A stretch of DNA of 64,000 bases from Phoronis australis (taxonomy: Eukaryota > Animalia > Phoronida): positions 809,273-873,272 of the forward strand of contig NMRA01000051.1 of NCBI GenBank assembly GCA_002633005.1, given 5' to 3'. Each line of letters opens with the position of its first letter. Positions within the stretch are counted from its first letter, which is position 1. Under the pieces are notes generated by a model that saw nothing but the letters and a program-made list of their open reading frames with translations, made no database searches and was not told the DNA's origin. Below, one piece after another: positions 40,649-53,177 of the stretch. A program made the position numbers and the translations under genes.

Positions 40649-41410
40649 ATAAATACATGTACACAAAATGTACCGAGAGTGGCGTACATGAAGTAATATC
40701 CCACGAGACTTTATTACGCGTATCGACCGAGACCGAGGGTCGAGGTCGATACGCGTAATAATGTCGAGTGGGATATTACTTCATGTACGCCAATCGAGTT
40801 ACGTTTTTTGTATTTATCCCATACGCTTCGAATTCTTAAGTTTCTTTCATTTTTTCTGCAGATTTTTGAATACTTCACTCAGATTGTTCACGTGGCGGAT
40901 CACATCCTATATGTATGTACTAGCGCGTTAGGCTGCAAGTTTTCTCTAGTAAAAGAAACAGTTTTAAATGTGACGATTTATTACTTGAAAAGAGATAACA
41001 AAGATGAAAACAAGGGTAACTTTTCATTGAACTTGTAACATCTCCTGAAAATAGTTAAATAACAACAATATTTGGTATTGTAGTTACCGACGAATCGGCG
41101 CCAGAGTTGCAGACGATAAAATATTTAGCGAATGAGAGAGAACTGTCATATAATTAACAGTCCTGTTCCAGATGTTACGATTTAGACCTGGTTGCATGTT
41201 GAGTGGTATTTACACTGCTACAATTGTATTACTTTAAACTATTTTCCGAAAGTTTGGCGATCGAACCGGCTACCGACACCAAGTCGACATTGACCTACCT
41301 TTTGAACTTTCCATGTCAGAGGTCACTGTTGAAGTAGTGCGGGAGGTGAATACGGAAAACTTTATTACATGGCCGTATTTCCTTCGACAGATTAAACGCG
41401 TATGGGATAA
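40649..41410 (+). mobile_element. Hairpin-headed non-autonomous element, copy 2 (intact ~170-nt hairpin)
   Basis: Palindrome at 40649-40817 with apex gacc-GAG-ggtc. Body bounded by TTATCCCATACGC and GCGTATGGGATAA. Paralog at 28084-28817. Confidence 0.88.
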
Positions 41411-41664
41411 CTACAAAGAAATCTACATACAATTATTATACACAAACACATAAATTAAAAAATGGTGTTAAGGTTACAATGACATATGATTACGAATGTA
41501 AATAAATCATTTCCATGCACATTAATTTATTTTACACGTATGCAATTTTATCGACTCACACAGAGATTTAATATTAATGAGGGTTTTTGATAATATTTCG
41601 AATAAGACCTCATTTTCTCTTGGGTCGAGTTCTTTACATCCATTTAGAAAAAAAGAATTTTGTT

Positions 41665-41702
41665 ATACTACTATTACTCCTATAGCTACTATTACTACAA
41701 CA

Positions 41703-41759
<57 letters not shown>

Positions 41760-41792
41760 CCTGCTGATGTAGCCGCTGCTGCTGCTACTACT
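41665..41792. repeat. (ACT)n/(GCT)n microsatellite
   Basis: Direct reading of the sequence. Confidence 0.9.
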
Positions 41793-43348
41793 GTATGTCG
41801 CAAAGTATCGCTAGTTCTTGCTTTTTCTCGCAAGAAACAAGGGTAAGATTCAATAATGCTAGGACCTACGGTTGGACCTTGCTAAAGTGTAATTAGTCAA
41901 AATAACGTGTTCTCAAAAAATACTATATCTCACGTAACCTCTCGAAGTCTTGCTTTTCAGCGAACGCACACCTGTGCTGTTGCCTCATTGGAATTCAAAC
42001 CAAGAGTACTTCATATTGACAAGCATGAAGTGTCTGTGATATTGAAATTCCACAGCAGTTTCGTAGTACATTTGAGTACAGACTCAGGTGCTTTTTAATT
42101 TGCGCATATATATATGGTTTGAAAAGTCTTGTTCAGATGATTGATTTTTGCTAAATGAGCGCGTGTCAAACATGGCGCGTTGACAGAAAAATCACTACAT
42201 GAACATACACATTTTTTAAGACTGAAATTCAGTTTGTCATGTTTTCTCAACGTGTTGTATGTTTTAAAAAAATGGCATAGCCTAATTAACTCCCCTTAAA
42301 ATCATCACAATCATCTTTGCACATCCCCTTAGACAGATGTATTTTTGGATTAGATTGACGTAGATATTCCACTCTAACCTAGTTTCCCAGGCGCTGCAAA
42401 AATGTAGCAGATGACGTCACGTGATATGAACGTGACTTGAAACAATTGCTGAAAAAAGATTTGAACAAAGTAATTATGAGTGTATCACACCCAAGAAATA
42501 ATTTAAAGAAATTATCTCATTATCTAACAGCTATTCGTAAATTCTCTGGGACTTTGTACTTGAAATCAAGTGGTATTTCATTATTTTTCAGAAATAGTTG
42601 TGTGGAACCATAGATTATAGACAACAGATTCGCAACTCCTACCTTTTCTTTCGTACTATACCAGAGGAGACGCCACTCTTCTAAATTACCAAGTTCAGTT
42701 TCCGGTTAGTGTATTGTGACGGCACAACAGCCGACCATTATTAGCAGACAATAAACTTGCCGGAAGTAAAACTTGTCAATTTGGCCAGGTGTCGCCAGTG
42801 AATAATGACCTCAGGGATTCTGTAAAATCACAGATTTCGTACATTGAAAGTATACGGAGTTGGAGGTCCATGTACTATAGTCTATGATGGAGCGTAATAC
42901 CAGATTTCTTTAAGTCTCAAGTCACATTTCCTGAAACAAGCCCCAGGGCTACGTTCCTACACTCTCAAGGAAAACTAGTTTGACTGATGACATGCTTCGC
43001 TTGTAATGCGTGATAATATCCCGTGAAGACTTGTAAAAACACATCTGTGTGATTATGTTCCCACGTCAGAGCTAGAAGGCAGACAGATCTCAAGATCTCT
43101 ATTAGCGAATGCATTAAAAATTTCCTCGTAATTCTTAAAAGATAAGCAATTATGAAAGCAAACAGACTCGCGTGTTGTGTGTACATGTAGCTGTCCTTGA
43201 TGTAAAAGGCACGGTAGGCTTAGAGGGCGCTTGGTGACATATGTTGGTTACTGCTTTTTTGCGGTAACAATGCAGTGTTATGTGTTATAAAAATCATTGA
43301 TGTTTAACAAAAACATAGTATCGTGTTTTCTTGGCTTAGAAATTTGAC

Positions 43349-43468
43349 CGGGGCGGATCCAGGATTTTGAGTTGGGGGGAAGCAGGGCAGAGTGTTAGCC
43401 AGGCCGTCAGACATTCGCACCCCTGAACTGCCAAGTAGAATCTGGGAGAATTTTAGGGGTCCATGGCA
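43349..43468 (+). mobile_element. CAGGGGCGGATCC-type MITE fragment, copy 2
   Basis: Similar to 13507-13640. Confidence 0.7.
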
Positions 43469-44902
43469 GGAAATTGTGAAACTTAAGTCACTAGACAAAG
43501 GCACTAAGTGGACACCGATGTCATCTAGCGTAAAGACCTCTCGGTATAGGACCTCCAAACTCAGACATTACTCAAGTTCTAAGCTGCTTGATTTGAATGC
43601 ATATTTACAAGTTTTACACGAAATGTGCCACACATTGATCAATTTCGAGTCGAGTCACGAGCATAGGGATTAATACTACGGAGCCTGGATCAAGCGGTGA
43701 CGAAACTGACTATACGCCATCGATGATCGTATTTGCAAGACGTCTGATGAAAGCCTAGATTTTCTATTCCATATTCCTGAAGCCAGATACTACATGTAGC
43801 TTTAGATATGGAAAACGGCTAGCCATATTTGGAACACCGAATGAATAAACAAGAGAAACCCAGAACAGTAAACCATCTACAGTGTATTTTGTTCACTTGA
43901 CAAAAATAGATCTAAATCTCTCCACGATTCTTTGTCAACGAGTGACGAGTTGGCGGCGTTTCCCGCCGTTCTGTGACATGAAACATGAACAAACTGAGAA
44001 CTTTGAATATAGCAATGTCAAGCATTAAAATTTGCAATTTCGCTTGTAATGAATGTGTGGGTAATGCTATAAGAAACAAGCGACGAAATGAGAAGTGAAT
44101 GAAGATAAACTGACCAGCAATTTAAATCACTAATTTTTATTTTGTACACTATCAGCTGGTATATCTGATGTACATCATTTACTGTTAACGAGAATTCGGA
44201 CATACTGTAGGCTTGGGAAATGACATTCCACTAAATAAATAATAAAAATGTGCGAAAGTCGTTGAAAATGGATCGTGGTGTGATGCGTTTTCTTATTGTT
44301 CTGGCAAGTTCAACAGTCCCGTGCATTCGCATTCAGGCCTAAGTAATTACAATGCACTAACTACTCCTGAACAACCATTGGTTTTTACTGGGAACTTAAC
44401 AGAGTTATCTAATTGTATTTGAGTAAACCCAAATGCATTGTTTCTTGTTTCACCCTAACGCTTTAGATTAGTCACAATTTACACAGTTTACAGTCCAAGA
44501 CGTCCAAAATTCCAATCTTCCATCAGTATTTTTTCCTTTGTAACGATAGGAACTGTTTTATAATTATTATTTTTATGGGAAATATTTGGGAAATTGCTTT
44601 AATATGCAATGGTTTTTATTACTGTTGTTTTATCGTCACAACTAACTTGAATCTTCATCGACCGAATTGTAACGTTAGTGCTTCTATCACGTTCAATCTA
44701 TTTCACTCACTTCCCTGCTGGTGACCGATTTAAAGGGCCTACACACCCACCACAACATTTTTATTTGGCGATTTCAGAGGTTTCAAAGAACTGGCAGTTC
44801 GTTATTGTTTGAGAACATGCACTACGATTTGGCTTGTCACGGCACGTCATTCTACGAGCCGAGTATGGTCTCAACTGACAGTCCATGGAAAGTCCAGAAA
44901 TC

Positions 44903-45003
44903 ACTTCTCATTTGAATAAGGAGCAAGCGGAGACCAAAGATTAACAACTTCTAATCGTGGTCTCCGCTTGCTCCTTATTCAAATGAGAAGTTGTTAATCT
45001 TTG
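44903..45003. repeat. Interleaved inverted repeats (34 bp and 18 bp)
   Basis: 44903-44936 is the reverse complement of 44958-44991, and 44935-44952 is the reverse complement of 44986-45003. Confidence 0.9.
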
Positions 45004-46187
45004 GGCAACTGTTGTAAACAAGGTTATTAACCTGAAGTAATACAGTTCTTTGCAATCTGAGAAGTTGAGGTTTCGAGCTTTGACTGAGCTATAGCTTCAA
45101 GCACTAGTCGTTTATGTCCTTTTTCTCAAGAATGTCCAAGAGCACTGCTGTTGACATTTCTGTATCTCAGGTGTACACCCGGTGTATTTTCGCAAATGTG
45201 GAAGCGTAAGAATGAAAAATAGGTCGTTGCATTACTTTTGCGCCGGTAAAAGTCTAGCTCAAAAAGTGATGTGAAAAATCTAATGCTGGCGAAAGTGACA
45301 TAAGCGTCTGACGAATCCTGTATCGTCAATGTATCTTGGGAATCTCACAAGCCGTTGCAATGCGAGTTATAATTCTGCAGTTGCGAGTTAATTGTTCGGA
45401 CTACAAGCCGCAGAAATTTTCGGTGCTATTCCCACCGTATTAATCAGTTTTAATGAACCAGCAAGTAAAGTAACTTTTCATTCATTCCATAAGTCTGCCT
45501 TAGGCCTACTTAGTTATTGGAAGAGGCAGTTTCGTAGAACGAAGAGTTGGTGATATATTAAACAAGCTGGCTTTGTTTCAGTGCAACAGACAGTGTAGTC
45601 AACGCTATAATAGAACAATTTCTCTTTAGTGTATGAAAAATCCAAGAAACGTGAAATGAATCCCATTAGTTGATTGCTAAGGGAAACAAGTGTAGAAGAT
45701 TCAACCGGATAAATATGTTTTGTTGTCTGCTTTTTCTAACTGTCTTTGGTTCAACTTTGCTATAGAATTGTCACAATTTCCTGTCAATTGCAAATTATTT
45801 GTTAATCATGAGAAATGCAGGCGTTAGCACAAGCCCTATACGTCAGTTCTTTCTTTTCAGGTACTAACATGTTGGAATTGGAGTCTACACAAACACGCCC
45901 CATCGTTATTGCTTCAATGCAATGCTTGGATTTGTTTACAAAAAATACCCGCAAATGGTTCCGCCACCTACGCGAATGCGCGTCGAAAAAAATACCCACA
46001 AAGGCAACGGGTATACTTTTGTTATGATCGGTTGTTGAATTACCGTTTGTTATTAATAGAAAGGAAAGAACGGTCACGGTAACTAATATTTCCTTTAATC
46101 CCACGTGTTTATTGTACGGGGAACTATAAATTATTAAGGTTTGATGATTTATTTGTATCGTACACTCGTGATGAAAACATGCATTGA

Positions 46188-47530
46188 ATGACAAACCTAG
46201 TACTGGATCTACATTTAGACATGTCCGAGTTCCCAGTTAGCGGAAAAAGTTTGACGAGAAGGAAACATGTTCTGCCGCAGCTCACGTTTGACTTTCTACA
46301 TGTCCACGAAGGAGACGCCAAGGATGGTGAAAACCTCGCGGGTACCGGCTACTCTCCGGGGTGCCTTTTTGTACCAGAAAATCGCTCATCTTCGTCTCAG
46401 TCTCAGAGCGCTGGATTTCTTTCAGTTCATGGTTTACCCGCGACCTCAAGCAGCAGTTGGGCATCTTTGTCACACTTTGACATCTTTTTCGAGTGCGAGC
46501 AGTTAGAGAGGGCCTGTCGGAACAACGATCCTGCCGTTGTACGCCAGATCATGCGCATCCATCACGGCAGATTCCCGCTCAATCTCGAGGGTGGACGTTC
46601 CATTTGCAGTTCCAGAGGACGGCTCAGCGTCTCTAGTCACGATGTTGAAATACAATTGCGTAAGAGTGAGACGCTCATTGACAAGTATGAGACTATGACA
46701 AGTCTTTCGTCAAATCCCGAGATAATACCGGCGTTCAGGAACGCATTGCATATCGCATTGCAGCACAATTCTGTTGAGGTGGTCAAGCTACTTCTTAAGT
46801 ACGGAATCGACGTGAATAGTGCAGGTGTAACCGCCAGCAGAGGAGATGAATTAAAGAACGCGCGGAGTCGAAGTGCTCTGAGTCACGCTAGCTTTGAAAC
46901 AGACTTTGATGGGCCAGTTGTTGAACTCCACGTACCAACGTCTTTTCGAAATGTGAGCGACCACTCGTCAAGCGAAAACAATAAGGAATCGACTTCTGTA
47001 AGCTCTCCACAGTCACCCACTTCTATATTGCAAACGAGCATATCTCTCATTTTCACACAGGATTATTTATTCACGTTGCCTCCTTTGTTCATTGCAGTCG
47101 TAACCGGAAACGCGGAGCTGGTGAAATTACTGTTGCAATACAAAGCAGATGTGAATTTTCAAGAAATAAACGGATATACTCCTTTGCACCTTGCCGTGTC
47201 AGAACCATTTCAAAATTTAGAATGTAGAAATGCATTGTACGTCTACGGTGCCAAACTTAATCTACAAAACGTAGACGGAATATCGCCGGCAGACATTTTA
47301 CCGGAAGTTAAGACGGAAAGTTCATCAGCCTTAAGTGAATTACTAGAATCGTTTAAAAATATTCAATTTCGTAAAAACAGCTTGGAAAGTGTGGATAATG
47401 TCAGCATCATAAGTCGGAGTACGCGTTCTAGATCGTCTGTGTTTTCGCGGATTATAGATCCATTAAAACGGAGGTACTCACGTGGAACTGGTGAGGTTTA
47501 CGATGGAACGTCTCATTGTGATGTAGACAG
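46188..47530 (+). CDS. Ankyrin-repeat protein, first coding exon (start at 46188 or 46221)
   Basis: 448-codon ORF with ankyrin motifs LERACRNNDPAVVRQIM, ALHIALQHNSVEVVKLLLKYGIDVN, PLFIAVVTGNAELVKLLLQYKADVN and GYTPLHLAV...YGAKLNLQNVDGISPAD. It ends at the consensus donor CAG|GTAAGT (47530/47531, phase 2). A plausible upstream acceptor is ttcttttcag at 45860. Confidence 0.92.
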
Positions 47531-47849
47531 GTAAGTTTTTAGAAATATTACCAACTCATCAATGCCTTGCTATAAGGACTTCTGTGTTTCACCACACGGG
47601 TCGTGTCACTGCATATTCTGGGCCCACGGCTAAGATACTATGGTTGTCGGTTTCTAAATGATGGACTTCCCCTTGTCCGTAGTGAGCTCTTTCACTGTCA
47701 GAGAAGTTGATAAAAATATTGCAGGTGGTGCTGTGCCTGAATTGCATTGGACTATGGGCAGGCGACATAAACATCTGGTTTGAAACTGATGAGAACCCTC
47801 TTATCTGAGAGGCATACCAGAAGTCCGATGCTTGGCATTTAAAGCAACT

Positions 47850-48220
47850 TTATATCCACAAATAGTGTCCACAACCACCACTGCTTTTGCTTGCCTGATC
47901 ATTTCACTTAATCTTCTTCCCAGAATACCCCAGGGCTGTCATCTCACTATCACTTCTGCCCAAATGCGGTAGGGTCCAGTGGTCCTCAGAACAAGTGTTC
48001 ATAGCAGAAGTTGTTTCTCTCATTCCGTATAAGTTCTAGAGGCGATAAAGGTCAGTTGCCTGAGGTAAGATAAGGCACACCTCCTCTTTTTTATGCTCAA
48101 GATTTGATCAAAGTTACTATGTTCGGAGAGCGCTGTTGCTGCTTTCGCGTGTCTGAACATCTCAGTTGACATCTACCGCGTAAAGTAGAGTGAATCCCCA
48201 GGGCAAGTGTTCACAGCACT
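47850..48220 (-). mobile_element. Very degenerate restriction-like-endonuclease (Hero/NeSL-type) non-LTR retrotransposon fragment
   Basis: The minus strand gives, in order and across frameshifts, AVDV..., AATAL / PNIV (cf. TxLRPDIV), QLT (cf. ELT), ER...YEHL (cf. ERKxxKYxxL) and W...EV. Confidence 0.4.
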
Positions 48221-50638
48221 AGATATTTTCCTCCCACCGCATTTGTTGGGGGAGGCAATGTCGCACTCAATAGTTGAAACGTCAACTGTCCGAGTTCTGA
48301 AAATTATTTCACCACTTCAGCTATTTCAAAAGACGAGTCCGATCCCTTATGGTTCAGCCTACATGTACATGTTTACTCCCATCTAACCCGTGTCTTGCCA
48401 GGTGGACTCATTGTGCGAATCTTGTTTCCGTAAAAGCCATGTTCTTTCTGGTAAGACCGGTCAGCTGTGGCAACTGAAAGCAGAGTGCTTAGCAAAGCTA
48501 CACGCACATAGCTACTACTACCATGAAACTCTAGCCCTGGAATGCCACCTCCGATCTCGCGGCCGCTGAGGTTGCGCCACGCTGTGCGTGAGGGTTGTTT
48601 GCATTCGTTTCTTCCGGTGTGTGCATTTGCTATGGAATTTACTGTCATTAAAAGTTTTCGCAACTCCGCCGTTTTTCAACTGAATTGCATAAGAGCCACA
48701 TCAGTAGAAAGCCCATTGTCTGTTCTTGGTGGTTGCTCCGGAAGCAAAACAAAAATAATTTAATTCACAAGTAATTAACATTCCGCATACCTGACTGGTA
48801 TAAACATATCTTTAATTTAAAAAATCGAGTTCTACCAAAATGCGAAAAAATAACACCGTGTATCAGTAAGATAAAAACGGATTGAACCACAGAGGTAATC
48901 TAAATGACTATTAAGTCATTAGGGAAATAATTTCAATGGTTCAAAAGGTTTCTACACCATGAAAACAAAGATTTTGAAATATGTATGCCTCACACTTGCT
49001 GTGGATAACTTAGTCAGGCCTTCATCCAAAATTATACATCTTTATACATTATAATTAACTGGACCTTTTGTGGCGTTTCATACAATTACATGTTTCACTA
49101 AAATTCAGAATGCAGTGACATTTACGAAAAATGCCATAAATTACTCCAAGTACCTATCCGAAATTTGCAGATAAAGATTTTATGATAGATAAAAAAATGG
49201 AAATTTGTGTCACGAAATGTACTGTGGATAGCTCATCACATTGGTTGCTGTGTAGGACAGATCATAAAGGTTTAGAAATGAACTTTTTTCAGAAAGTAAA
49301 CGCTAGTGATCCTGATTAACGAATTAACGAATTAACAAAAACGGCATCTGAGCAACAGGTTTCACAAATGAGTCATTATAGAAACAACTGAAAACAATCA
49401 CAATACACACAGGCACGCAAGCACACAAGCACGCAATACACACATGTACGCAGGCAGGCATGCACACACTTAACTAAGCCATTATGAGTAATTTTTCGAA
49501 AGTTACCTAAACACACCTGTTTTAGGGCTTAAACTTTTCATTCAGGTTAAATGTAACTTCTTTCCCTAAAATACTGTAACATGATTTTAACACCCAAATT
49601 GTCTTGTTGAAAAACTCCTGGCCTGCGGTGTGATAGGTTGTCGAAAGTGTCTCTACGACTTGAGTTGAAAATATACCGGGGGCCTAACTACTCCCGGCAT
49701 ACACCCTGCCATGGGCCATAGGTGAGTGCTTTTATAGAATGACCAGTGTAATCTTCGGGTTAGTTGACTAATTTTGCCGAGAAGTCGCTGATTGTATGGA
49801 ACCGTACCTCAAGAGTCTCGCTTGATGAACAATAATAACAAAATGAAAATGAAGCAATGAAATTATGCTTGATTTGATAACTTCAACTCTCAATCAAAAC
49901 TCAGTCGAACATGTAGCCGGAAATTCTCACAGCAAACTCTAGCGGCTAGTTTCGAGGAACACTTTTTCACAGTGCTGCGAAATGTAGCACTGCGAATGTG
50001 GTTTAAAATGGCTTCTCAAGCAGTAAATTTAAGACTGAAATGCAATTCGAATGTGATAATATTCTGAATAGTCATATTGGAGAAGAATCGAAGAAAAGAG
50101 GAAGGGTCGCCTCAGTTGATAAACCTGGAGATTGTCTATTTAAATCCGAATAACTCACCGGTAGGGTGCGCTTGGCCGTTAGACGCTATCAGATGTAGAT
50201 TGTACATCCGCCGTGGGTATCAACGAAGTAGAGAGCGTTCTGCGCTCTTGTATGGTGGTTTAATGTAATGCAATTTCCAAGCGTTTCGACAAATTTTGCG
50301 AGCAATGGGAAAACGCCGTAATGTTAGAAAATCGCTCTCTAGACTTGGGAGGAACTAATAGGCGGATACATCAGACCACGCCCATTAAGTTGCTTGCCAC
50401 AGCGGGTCAACCATGTTCAGTCGCCAAGGCAGTATGGCTGCTGGGAGACTTCACTACAAATACTTCCAAATGAAATAAAGGATAAGAACACGATGCAAAT
50501 GTGTAGACTTGTGACGACTGGAACTGGCACTGAAACACGGTTTAAAGCGAAGTTTAAGTGACATGATCGGCGACAATAAAATACAAACAAAAGAAGCAAA
50601 GCTGAGTTATCTCAGACAACACTCCAACAGTTGTTCAG

Positions 50639-50885
50639 GGGCTCGTTCCAAGAAACTGACTTAAGTTCATTTTTGACTTAAGTTTAAGATTTGTCTCAAA
50701 TTCCGAACTTTGAAACTTCTACATCTGATAAGATAGTCAAAATTAAGACAAAATTTAAGTCAAAAACTTAAGTCGAACATAAGATCTCTTTTTGAAGTGA
50801 TCTTGAGACAGATTTGAGTCTTATCTTAAAATTGACTGAAAGTTAAGATCTGTCTTAGCTAAGTCAGTTTTCTTGGAACGGGGCC
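50639..50885. mobile_element. PIF/Harbinger-type MITE with CAG TSD
   Basis: CAG|gggctcgttccaagaaactgactta ... taagtcagtttttcttggaacggggcc|CAG. The interior is rich in (g)acttaag/taaga subrepeats. Confidence 0.8.
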
Positions 50886-51419
50886 CAGAACTCTTTGATT
50901 TTTAACGTGTGTTCTTTTGCTTTTACTTTCGCAAACATTCGTGAGGCTAGTCAACCTACCCACGTGACCTTCAGGTTTCACCTCACTGGCAAGCTCCTGT
51001 AATTAGTCAAGGACTGGAAACATTGTAAGCTTTTCAAAACAATTTTACGTTATATCTAATCAAAAGTAAACATAAATATCAAGCTATTTCTTCAAAAGAA
51101 AAACGGATGAAAACTCACCGGCTGTTTAGCTCGTTATTTCCAGCAATCTTCAGCACATCTCGCACGACAGTTCAGTGCAGAATGCCTATTCTCACATACA
51201 CTCAGCAGAGTAGCCGTTGGCTTTTTTCATGCCCGCTTTGATTGGACTACACACCGCCACGGCGCTGGACAGCGAAACAGCCGATGAGGTCGCCGCCTCA
51301 ATTTCAATTTCTTTTGACCAGATACATTTTCTAGAAATCGGCAATTTAGATTGCAATCACAAAAACACAACAGATTTTGTCTTATTCTAAAAGTCTCTGA
51401 GAAATGCTTAGATTTCGAG

Positions 51420-51825
51420 GACCAGGGTTCGGTGTCCAATCTTTTTACTCGAAATCAAACTCGATATTATTTCTGGCACTTTCCATTCTAGTTATGTGCG
51501 AACTAAAGATAAGTGTCTATTATTCTATGCTCGAGTACATAATGGGTTACATGGATAACTGTCTTGTTGTAGTTTGCACCTACTGACCCCAATATTAAAG
51601 TTAAAGTTACGAGCTCTTACTCGAAATCTCTAAATTTCGCTAGACTTTGTCGCACTAACATAGCGGCAATGAAGTGTAAACTTGGACTAGAGACTCGTAT
51701 GCATACACCGTAATATACTCGAGCATAGACTTATAGCCACTTCGCTTGAGATTGCACAAGAAGAACAGAAATTGACAAAAATAATTTCGAGTCCGATTTC
51801 GAGTACAAAGAAGGGATCCCGGCCT
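51420..51825. mobile_element. MITE family A, copy 3
   Basis: Collinear with 461-826 (aatcttt.tact.gaaatc.aactc; gtctattattct..gctcgagtacat.atgg.ttac.tggat.ac; ataattt.gagt.cgattt.gagt.caaaga). Confidence 0.7.
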
Positions 51826-53177
51826 CTGGTAGTTGGTGGAAAATTTTTGATGGTGATCGGAGGCGGATGCATAAGCCAGAGTGACAACCGCATAGAAATA
51901 TCAACATGCAGAGTGTCATTTTGCCAATGTTTGCAAATGAAGAGAACTCACTGTTAAGTTATAGTGAAGCAAGGTAAGCGTTGTAGAAAATTCACGACTG
52001 GGTAAAAAGAACAGAATCCAAAACTTCTTTCGTTCGAAATGCTATTTCTGACAATTTTTTCCACGACATAAAATGTTTTTGGAAACAATGAAATTTAAAT
52101 AGCGCAACTGATTGTGAAGCAACTTGGAAGTCTTGGAACTCGGTAGCTGCATGGCATTAAGAGACAATAAAAGTTGACCGGACATCAACCAGGCGTCAAA
52201 ATGGCGACATTTTCCACAAGTGGTGGTGGAACTTTACACTTAAACAGTAGCCGCGGTTAATTTCCTTGAGTGTTTTGCGGTTTCCCTGTGGGCAGGGCCG
52301 TGAAATTAAGATGGAAAACGCTTACCTCACCCCGGCAGATTTCGTTAACTTAGAATTATCCAATCTATCTACAGTATGTATCTCCTTAGGACCATTTGAC
52401 ATTTTCGAAGAACCAAACACCGGCTCGTTTACTAAGTACTGAACTTTTATGTTTTCTCTTGTTTCGTCTACGTTACAATATATCACGTCAATTGTGTCAT
52501 CATCGTGACGTCATCTTCTCCTTCCGCATTCCGTTCTGGCTATTTTTGCAGTGTTCACATTTCATTATGCTCCGTGACATTGTTTGATGACAGTCTTCCA
52601 CCACGGGTCGAGCATCTGTGGTGTCTAAGGAAAGCAGAACTTCTAGGAGTTAGAATTCAAGTATTGACCCGGGACCCAGAACTTATAAATGAAACTTGAA
52701 AATCTTATATTTGATTATTTTAAATTCACATCAATAAATCAAATATTATGTTTAGTAAAGGAATCAAGATGTGTTGAAAGCCTGTCGTTTCGGAATAGAA
52801 AAGTTTTGACTCAAATGGTTTGCAATAAATTCCGTCTTATGGAGCTTTAACTATTGTGTCCTAAATTAGTGAGATTTCACCGTGCAACAGATTTTTACTG
52901 TTTAACATGGCGCGTGTTCATCGTAATTTAGTATTGACACGCTGATTTGGCGTATCGATACTTTGGTATAGGCAGCGGCACCTTTCGTCAGACTACGTGT
53001 CAACTTTGTCTTAATTGTCTACCTTCTCGGAACAGTTTTCCAAAGTTGACAAACTGAGTTTACTGAACATTTTGCAATGACTGAACCCATAGACAAAGGT
53101 CTGGTCCTCATGCGTGTATTCTACTTCAACCAAAATATACCTCTGCATCGGAAAAATGAGTTGGGTATAAATATGAA

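Noticed and set aside
41577-41846. Poly-Ala ORF (and poly-Met/Asp/Ser ORFs at 37006-37241 and 39319-39501)
   Set aside because: Translations of trinucleotide microsatellites with no exon evidence.
42376-42960. Possible nested MITEs (taacctagtttcccagg...; catagattatag...ctatagtctatg)
   Set aside because: Termini are short and degenerate, with no TSD or paralog in the window.
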